A stretch of 40,377 bases of DNA from a virus (lineage: Duplodnaviria > Caudoviricetes): IMG/VR virus record IMGVR_UViG_3300025018_000268, positions 1-40,377 of that record. One strand, written 5' to 3'. Both the position numbers and the translations under genes were made by a program. The notes beneath the pieces are model-generated. The model ran no database searches. It had not been told where the DNA came from and was given only the letters and a program-made list of their open reading frames with translations. Below are positions 34,085 to 40,377 of the stretch, one piece after another. The first letter of the stretch is position 1. Each line of letters opens with the position of its first letter.

Positions 34085-34441
34085 ATGAAAAAAATTCTCA
34101 TTGCTGCTTTACTGGTAATGTTCATAGCCGTACCATTGCAAGCAGCTGCACCAACTGATACTCTGCAAGTAGATTATGTATTCGATCAATCACCTCTTCC
34201 TGATAAATTAAGATTGTATGTTGGTGATGCTCAAATATGCGAGACGGCTGCAACAATTGATACATTTACTTGTTCTGTTACTTCTTTGCCATATGGCGAT
34301 AATGTAATCACAATGACCGCGGTATCAGGTGACAAAGAATCTCCAAAAAGCCCTGAGTATATATTCACAAAAGATATCAATGCTCCTACGATTACTAATA
34401 TTAAGGTCACTACAACTGTGACTATTACTACTCAACAATAA
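34085..34441 (+). CDS. Exported beta-sandwich (Ig/FN3-like) protein
   Basis: Sec signal MKKILIAALLVMFIAVPLQA; Thr-rich strands and TAV...ESPKS. Confidence 0.62.
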   Translation: MKKILIAALLVMFIAVPLQAAAPTDTLQVDYVFDQSPLPDKLRLYVGDAQICETAATIDTFTCSVTSLPYGDNVITMTAVSGDKESPKSPEYIFTKDINAPTITNIKVTTTVTITTQQ

Positions 34442-34451
34442 GGGAACTATA

Positions 34452-34670
34452 ATGGCATGGTTAACAGTGCCTGAAGATTCTAATTGGGAGTATTCAACTG
34501 CTCCCAATACTGATAAGAAGGCAATAGATACATACGATTATGATGCCAACACAAACCACGTGGCAGGTGTTCGTGGTGATGCTAATCATATATGGTATGT
34601 TCTAAGCAGACAAAAAATAAATATAAACCCAAACCCAGGTTACGGGGAATTATATTTCTATTCATCTTAA
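34452..34670 (+). CDS. Hypothetical protein (72 aa)
   Basis: AGGGA RBS. Confidence 0.6.
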   Translation: MAWLTVPEDSNWEYSTAPNTDKKAIDTYDYDANTNHVAGVRGDANHIWYVLSRQKININPNPGYGELYFYSS

Positions 34671-34699
34671 AATAATTTAGCAGGAGGCATGTTTCAAAT

Positions 34700-35407
34700 A
34701 TGAAGCTAATAAAAAGTATTATTACCCTTTCCTTAATTGGAATGTTAATGACAGGATGTTCTGGCGCAGGCGGGATGGTCCCGATATCGGATCAAATGGT
34801 TTCAACCACAACAGGAGCAATGACAAGCCAGCTTGGATACATTACTGATGCTTCTGCTATGAAAGAAAAGTTTGTGCATGATTCTCTACAAAACAGAGAC
34901 AAGATGATTGCTATGGCTCATACCACTGACGGCTTTCATATGTCATTTGAGCTTGTAGAAGTTGCGCCTGGAGTAAAAGCATTACTCCCTAAGGACATTT
35001 CGTATAAAGAGCAAGCAAGATTTGACCAAGTTCTGCCTACTGCGCCTTCAATTCATCCTGGTTGGAAAACAGCTGAGGTCTTAGGAAAAGCTGCTATCAA
35101 TGGTACTGTTATTGGCCTTGGTATTAATGCTGCCTCTGATATCATTAGTGAAGGTATAGCGGCATCAAGGAGTAATGTAAACACAAACACAACTACCACA
35201 TCGATTGATAATTCAGTAGGACCTGTTGATAGTTCTAGGGTCAATACCATTACTGACAATTCTTCTGTTGATAATTCTGTCGGACCAGTGGATAATTCAT
35301 GGGCTGATAATTCCTCAAGACCAGTGGATAATTCTGTCGGTCCTGTTGACAATTCAATTGGTCCAGTTGATAACACCAATAACAGCACTGTTCCTATTGT
35401 GGAGTAA
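34700..35407 (+). CDS. Lipoprotein with C-terminal DNSVGPV repeats
   Basis: Lipobox LMTGC; repetitive Asn/Ser/Thr/Asp tail. Confidence 0.75.
   Translation: MKLIKSIITLSLIGMLMTGCSGAGGMVPISDQMVSTTTGAMTSQLGYITDASAMKEKFVHDSLQNRDKMIAMAHTTDGFHMSFELVEVAPGVKALLPKDISYKEQARFDQVLPTAPSIHPGWKTAEVLGKAAINGTVIGLGINAASDIISEGIAASRSNVNTNTTTTSIDNSVGPVDSSRVNTITDNSSVDNSVGPVDNSWADNSSRPVDNSVGPVDNSIGPVDNTNNSTVPIVE
35206..35376 (+). repeat. Degenerate coding repeats (DNS[V/I]GPV units)
   Basis: GATAATTC(A/T)GT(A/C)GG(A/T)CC(A/T)GT recurs with synonymous changes. Confidence 0.8.
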
Positions 35408-35409
35408 AC

Positions 35410-35643
35410 ATGGATCCTATACATTATACAATCAAAATGCTTTTACCCACGATAGCATCAAATATTATTCTGTTGGTGATAGTATTTGTCTGGGCTAAAT
35501 TGTCAATAGAGAACAATAAATTGATGGATGTTTCAAACAAATTTATTGTTCTTGCCGTAATTCTTTCAGGTCAGGAAGCTGTCAAGTTAGTATTGATTCT
35601 TAAGGATCTTCTTTTCCCTGTTATTAACAATGTAGTAAATTAA
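35410..35643 (+). CDS. Small membrane protein
   Basis: Two hydrophobic segments in 77 aa; GGAG RBS. Confidence 0.6.
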   Translation: MDPIHYTIKMLLPTIASNIILLVIVFVWAKLSIENNKLMDVSNKFIVLAVILSGQEAVKLVLILKDLLFPVINNVVN

Positions 35644-35660
35644 ATAAAGGTATACAAAAT

Positions 35661-37724
35661 ATGGCTGAAAATGATTTAATTTTGGCGCCTGAAACAGTTA
35701 CCAAAGGCACAGCTGAAACTAATTTTATACGTTCACAAGCAAGATTAGATGAAATAAATGGTATTGCTTCTGGTGCTGATACAAAGGCAGATAATGCTCT
35801 TGCTTTATTTGAAGATTCTGGGTATCCAAATATTAAACCGTCTTTGCTGTTGAACTTTGCAGCAACCAAGAGCCTCGATCCAAGGATTACTTTTACTAGG
35901 GCTTCAGAGGCCACTTACCTCAATGATAAAGGATTGCTGTCCTATGCTGCTGTTGACGAGCCAGTGTTCGACCATGATCCGGTTACAGGAGAGTGCAAGG
36001 GGTTGGGGATATGGGAGGCTCGGACTAATCTGCTGAAATACTCTGAGGACTTCAGCAATGCTGTTTGGCAAAAGACTGCAACAGGACTAGCTTCATTACC
36101 TCAAGTTAGCCTCAATTATGGGACTGCTCCTGATGGTACTCTTACTGCCACTAGGGTTGATCTCTCTATAAATGGTGGAACTACAACTACAGACAACTGC
36201 TATATTATGTACACTGCAGATTTATCCGTAGTTGGGCAACCAACTTTGTGCAGCGTCTTTTTAAAGACCGTTGATGGTTCTACCAAGACACTGCGTTTTG
36301 ATTTTAATGGCTCTACTGCTGACATAGCACCCTTTAACGTACCCCTTCTGACTGTTACAGGGAAGTGGCAGAGATTTACTATTGGTTTAAGTTCAGCCAT
36401 TGATACACAGAGAAGATTCGCATTAAGGCTTAGAGGTTCATTGGGTACTTCAGATAGTGCATCAGTATTGGTATGGGGAGCAACCCAGGAGAATAATGTA
36501 ACCTTCCCAACTCCCTATATCCCATCAACTGAAACATTCACTTCAAGAGCATCCACAGCGACCTACATTGGTTCTGATGGACTGATAAAGATTGCTGCTA
36601 GTAATGCACCAAGGATGCAATATACTCCTGATAATTTGGGGTTAAGACCTAAGCTGTTGCTGGAAGGTGCCAGTACTAATCTACTTACTTACTCTGAGCA
36701 GTTTGATAATGCTGGCTGGACTAAGGCGAGAGCATCTATAACACCTAATGTTATACTTGCTCCCGATGGTACCTTGACTGCTGATAAATTGGTGGAAGAT
36801 ACTTCAGCTTCTACAAGTCACTACATTAGACATTCACCCACTTTATCTGGCACTACAACTCACACTTTCACTATCTTTGCCAAAAGTGCTGGCCGCCATA
36901 TTAATATCACAACATTTGGCTCTAACGGATGGATTGTCTCAAAGACCGTTATAGTTAATCTTATAGACGGATCTTACACGGGTGAAGGAGTGGTAGAGCA
37001 TTTACCTGGAGGCTGGTTTAAAATATCTCTTACCAATACTACAGGTGCAGAAACCAAGGCTTATGCTATAGATGTACTTCTTTCAAGTGTCGGAGATGAG
37101 TTCTTCACAGGTGATGGTACTTCAGGCATCTACCTATGGGGTGCCCAACTAGAACAATCCCCATACCCAACCTCCTACATCCCCACAACCTCAGTGGCAG
37201 TAACTAGAGCAGCGGATGTAAGCTCCAGTGCTGCAACTACACGAGCTGCTGATATTGCTCAGATGACAGGGAGTAACTTCAGTGATTGGTATAGGCAGGA
37301 CGAGGGGAGCTTTGTTTGTAAGTATCAACTTGATTACAAACTAGGGGCAAGTAGGGTTCTTTCAGTAGGGACTGCAGATGCATATATGGAACTTATATCA
37401 GCAACAGGGGCGACAGCTGATGTGGGGAACGGCGGGTACCTGTATGGTAAATCTGATGGTGTGGTGGGATCAATAGCCACGAGTGGTATCCTTAATGTTG
37501 CTTTAGCAATTCGCCATGTTGCTTTTGGTTATAAAAAGGATGACTTTGCCTCATCTGTCAATGGCATAACTGCTAAGGTTGATACAACAGGAAGTGTTCC
37601 TCCAGTTGATAGACTAAGGTTTACAAATAACGTGGGAGAGGCCTTGCTTTGTGGCCACATAGCTTACCTAGCCTACTACCCGAAACGCATCTCTAACACT
37701 GAACTTCAAGTAATCACTCAATAA
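35661..37724 (+). CDS. Virion fibre/spike protein with duplicated carbohydrate-binding-like modules
   Basis: Two copies of FT.RAS.ATY / E...TNLL.YSE.F.NA.W.K / APDGTLTA / WGA..E...PT.YIP; LamG-like C-terminus. Confidence 0.72.
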   Translation: MAENDLILAPETVTKGTAETNFIRSQARLDEINGIASGADTKADNALALFEDSGYPNIKPSLLLNFAATKSLDPRITFTRASEATYLNDKGLLSYAAVDEPVFDHDPVTGECKGLGIWEARTNLLKYSEDFSNAVWQKTATGLASLPQVSLNYGTAPDGTLTATRVDLSINGGTTTTDNCYIMYTADLSVVGQPTLCSVFLKTVDGSTKTLRFDFNGSTADIAPFNVPLLTVTGKWQRFTIGLSSAIDTQRRFALRLRGSLGTSDSASVLVWGATQENNVTFPTPYIPSTETFTSRASTATYIGSDGLIKIAASNAPRMQYTPDNLGLRPKLLLEGASTNLLTYSEQFDNAGWTKARASITPNVILAPDGTLTADKLVEDTSASTSHYIRHSPTLSGTTTHTFTIFAKSAGRHINITTFGSNGWIVSKTVIVNLIDGSYTGEGVVEHLPGGWFKISLTNTTGAETKAYAIDVLLSSVGDEFFTGDGTSGIYLWGAQLEQSPYPTSYIPTTSVAVTRAADVSSSAATTRAADIAQMTGSNFSDWYRQDEGSFVCKYQLDYKLGASRVLSVGTADAYMELISATGATADVGNGGYLYGKSDGVVGSIATSGILNVALAIRHVAFGYKKDDFASSVNGITAKVDTTGSVPPVDRLRFTNNVGEALLCGHIAYLAYYPKRISNTELQVITQ

Positions 37725-37736
37725 TAAGAGGATAAG

Positions 37737-38072
37737 ATGAAACAATACTGTCTAAAATTCACAGATGAAGCACAAGCCAAGGAAGCACTGAAAGATTATG
37801 TTTCCACTAATCAATGGCTCGATGAAATACCAGTAGGTTCTTGGTTGACCAGTAGTAAAGACCACGCACTAGATATAGTAGGAGTGATCCATAAAGCTAC
37901 AGGTGTAACCCTTATAGATACAGAAGGTAATGAATACCCTGAAATGGCACCACTGGAAGGCTTTCATGCCAACCTTGCGGTTGATACTCTTCCTGTTGAA
38001 CTGGAAGAATACGTAGTAATACCTGAGACACCTTCAAGAGTATTTGCAGGGATGGAGATGAACAATGAGTAA
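37737..38072 (+). CDS. Fibre-associated protein / assembly chaperone
   Basis: LDIVGVI.KATG...EGFHANL...P.TPSRVFAG; directly follows the fibre gene. Confidence 0.6.
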   Translation: MKQYCLKFTDEAQAKEALKDYVSTNQWLDEIPVGSWLTSSKDHALDIVGVIHKATGVTLIDTEGNEYPEMAPLEGFHANLAVDTLPVELEEYVVIPETPSRVFAGMEMNNE

Positions 38073-39720
38073 ATTAATAGGAACAAATCCAAACCAGATA
38101 TCAACTAATAGTATGCTCAGTGAGACTGCCTTTATGACGCCTGGAGCAATAGCAAATCTTATAACCTCACTTGAACCCGCCCTAGGGAAGATTCCTATAG
38201 CTGGTACTGACGGATTAATAGATATTAAATGGATAAGGCAGTTCTCCAACGATATTGGTAATCCGGGGAGTCAGGGTTTTGGTGTAGGAATATGTCCGAG
38301 TGAGCTACCTGCTGGTATGACTACCATGACAGGAACCCTAGATGTAGCATCTGGCAATTATGGCAACTATCAGTATTCCGATGGTTCAATCATGTGCTGG
38401 ATTCCAGCTTTTTATTATCTCTACGGTGACGGCACAAACGGTCTGGCGGTCAATATGGTTGATATCAAACCATACAGTACCTATGACTCCGTAGCATCAG
38501 CTAATACGGCAGGATATGCCCTGCACCGGGCATTTTATGATGGAGGGGTTATTCAGCCAGGATTCTTTGTCGATAAATATCTGGCTTCGAACAATGGCGG
38601 TATTGCGTCGTCCATCAAAAATGGTGCACCGCTCAGTACGCACGCTGATCACAATCCTCTCTCTGGTTTGACGGGTGCGCCACCAAATTTTTACTATGGG
38701 GCATTTGCCGCTAGCAAGACTAGGGGCGCTGAATTCTTCCCGAAGAGCCTGTTCATCAATTCAGCACTGGCCTTGCTGTCACTAGCCCACGGACAGGCAG
38801 CTACAGCCACGACATGGTGTGCATGGTACGATGCTGCTGGAATAACAAATTTCCCCAAGGGTTGCAATAACAACGCTCTTGGTGACTACAATGATGTCAC
38901 AATATCCTACACATCGGATGGGTACCCCAACTGCGGTCTGACTGGCTCTGGATTACCTTTTGCAAAGACCACGCATAACGGTCAGGCGTGTGGTGTTGCC
39001 GACCTCAATGGCAATATGTACGAAATCTCTCCTGGATTGACATGTGTTGCACCGCTGACAAATATTACCGGGGCTACCCAGGCAAATCCATGTGTCTTGA
39101 CAGTCGTCGGCCACAGTGTGCAGGCTGGTGACTACGTCACGGTACGTTTCATAGGCGGCATGACGCAGCTCAATGATAGGATCTACACTGCGACGGTAAT
39201 AGACGCAAATACAATATCACTGGACGGAGTTGACTCCACTGGCTTTACCGCCTACTCATCTGGTGGGAACATTCTGGCCGGTACGTTCAAGGTCATCAAG
39301 CCGACCGTTGCACTAAAAAACATTACCGGCGGCAACACCGTAGACACAGATCATTGGGGTACTGCTGGTCTGGCTGCCAACTTTAACGATGTCAATGTCA
39401 AACTTGCTACCACATACCCGAACAACGGTTTTGCGCAGAAATTCGGCAGCGGTGGCAACCAGGTGCTCTCCCCGACAGTTACCGGAAACGACTGGACGCT
39501 CACTGGTTTGGGTTTCCCGATTGCGGGTGGCGTCAGCATATCAGGCTCAAACCTGTTCGGTGTGGATTATTTTTATCAGCATATGCTGCAGGACATGTGT
39601 CCGATTGCGGGTGGCCACTGGCCCAACGGCGGTAGCGCTGGGGTGTGGATGCTGACTCTGAGCTCTGTGCGCGGGAGCTCGAACAGCGGCGCTGGTTTTC
39701 GTTCAGCCCTATATCTCTAA
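38065..39720 (+). CDS. Receptor-binding fibre with FGE-sulfatase/C-type-lectin (Mtd-like) fold
   Basis: FFVDKY, GVADLNGNMYE, C-terminal GGHW...AGVW.L.L...R..SN...GFRSA; inserted beta domain ITGATQANPCV...AYSSGG. Confidence 0.75.
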   Translation: MSKLIGTNPNQISTNSMLSETAFMTPGAIANLITSLEPALGKIPIAGTDGLIDIKWIRQFSNDIGNPGSQGFGVGICPSELPAGMTTMTGTLDVASGNYGNYQYSDGSIMCWIPAFYYLYGDGTNGLAVNMVDIKPYSTYDSVASANTAGYALHRAFYDGGVIQPGFFVDKYLASNNGGIASSIKNGAPLSTHADHNPLSGLTGAPPNFYYGAFAASKTRGAEFFPKSLFINSALALLSLAHGQAATATTWCAWYDAAGITNFPKGCNNNALGDYNDVTISYTSDGYPNCGLTGSGLPFAKTTHNGQACGVADLNGNMYEISPGLTCVAPLTNITGATQANPCVLTVVGHSVQAGDYVTVRFIGGMTQLNDRIYTATVIDANTISLDGVDSTGFTAYSSGGNILAGTFKVIKPTVALKNITGGNTVDTDHWGTAGLAANFNDVNVKLATTYPNNGFAQKFGSGGNQVLSPTVTGNDWTLTGLGFPIAGGVSISGSNLFGVDYFYQHMLQDMCPIAGGHWPNGGSAGVWMLTLSSVRGSSNSGAGFRSALYL

Positions 39721-39735
39721 ACCAAAGGAATCAAA

Positions 39736-40173
39736 ATGACTAAGATACTAAGTTATATAAAGGTAACCGATCAGCATACAACATATACGCTCTTTACCGA
39801 GGAAGGCTGTACTGAGCTGTGTACCCTAGATGGTACAACCTATGTTGCTGTGCCGGATGGCGTGGAACTTCCTTCTCAACCAGAACAGATAGCCGCTAGT
39901 ATTCAGGAGGTTGTTGTTACCCCGGAACTTAACGTAGCCATCAAAGAAGCATCTCCTCATGCGCGCCTTATCAGTAAGTGCATCATAGATAAAATACGTG
40001 AGCGATACACTGTGGATCATGAGCTGTACCTAGCGCGTATAGGGGTGGGTGCGGCAACAGGTATGTATACACCAACACCAGAGGAGATGACTGAACTGAG
40101 CGAGTTTGGCGTCTTTGTTGAAGGGACGCGGCAATGGGGCAGGGATGAAAGGGCTAAGCTAGGGTTATCGTGA
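39736..40173 (+). CDS. Fibre-associated hypothetical protein
   Basis: AAGGA RBS; KIRERY..D.E and C-terminal ERAKLGL; follows the CLec-fold fibre gene. Confidence 0.65.
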   Translation: MTKILSYIKVTDQHTTYTLFTEEGCTELCTLDGTTYVAVPDGVELPSQPEQIAASIQEVVVTPELNVAIKEASPHARLISKCIIDKIRERYTVDHELYLARIGVGAATGMYTPTPEEMTELSEFGVFVEGTRQWGRDERAKLGLS

Positions 40174-40377
40174 GGTACTTCTCACTTTGTGCTCCAATGC
40201 CAGGAACACTCTACACCCATGGCAGAAATAGAGTCGGTTAATACGCAATTTGGTCTATGGAATGCAGCAAAGAATTGTAATGCAATAAGCTGGAATAATG
40301 GTGGCAAAGGTCAGGTAGTACTTAATTGTATTTTAAATAATTGTCTAGTCTACGGTTAATGGAACGAGAATGGGGAT

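Noticed and set aside
39517-39615. 15-nt direct repeat CCGATTGCGGGTGGC at 39517 and 39601
   Set aside because: Real but short and in frame (PIAGG twice); insufficient to call a separate element.
611-40020. All minus-strand ORFs in the track
   Set aside because: They are antisense shadows of well-supported plus-strand genes, tRNAs or repeats, with no recognisable motifs.
40174-40377. Possible DGR template repeat (TGGAATAATGGTGGC)
   Set aside because: It does not align with 39590-39720 beyond a few codons.
1-40377. Stop-codon recoding or a suppressor tRNA
   Set aside because: Core genes are intact under the standard bacterial code, all three stop codons end genes, and no CTA/TCA/TTA anticodon was seen.

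Overview
The window is a 40 kb, almost entirely plus-strand segment of an AT-rich T4-like (Tevenvirinae-related) myophage genome. Bases 1-11.9 kb hold the T4 replication/transcription core: uvsW, gp55, gp47, gp46, a VWA-metalloprotease plus CobS/MoxR AAA+ pair, gp45/44/62, regA and dUTPase. Bases 12-26.8 kb form an accessory island that separates regA from gp43. It contains about 12 canonical, atypical or decayed tRNA genes plus two fragments, a DenV-like glycosylase, Rnl2, RtcB, a restriction-modification pair, ThyX, a Tad1-like anti-defence sponge and many small ORFs behind a repeated promoter cassette. DNA polymerase gp43 follows, then a late-expressed enzyme block at 29.6-34.1 kb, and a GC-richer fibre module at 35.6-40.2 kb whose last domain looks like a DGR variable region. 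The most striking pattern is that ten mutually unrelated ORFs plus one pseudogene begin with a T4 internal-protein capsid-targeting sequence (MK[T/S/K][F/Y]x[E/Q][F/Y/I]..E). They sit downstream of TATAAATA late promoters and include a (p)ppGpp-hydrolase-like HD protein, a RegB/RelE-like RNase, a PD-(D/E)xK-like nuclease, a ParB/Srx-like protein and an HxGH nucleotidyltransferase. This suggests a modular set of enzymes packaged in the head and injected with the DNA. All calls come from manual motif recognition; no database searches were run.
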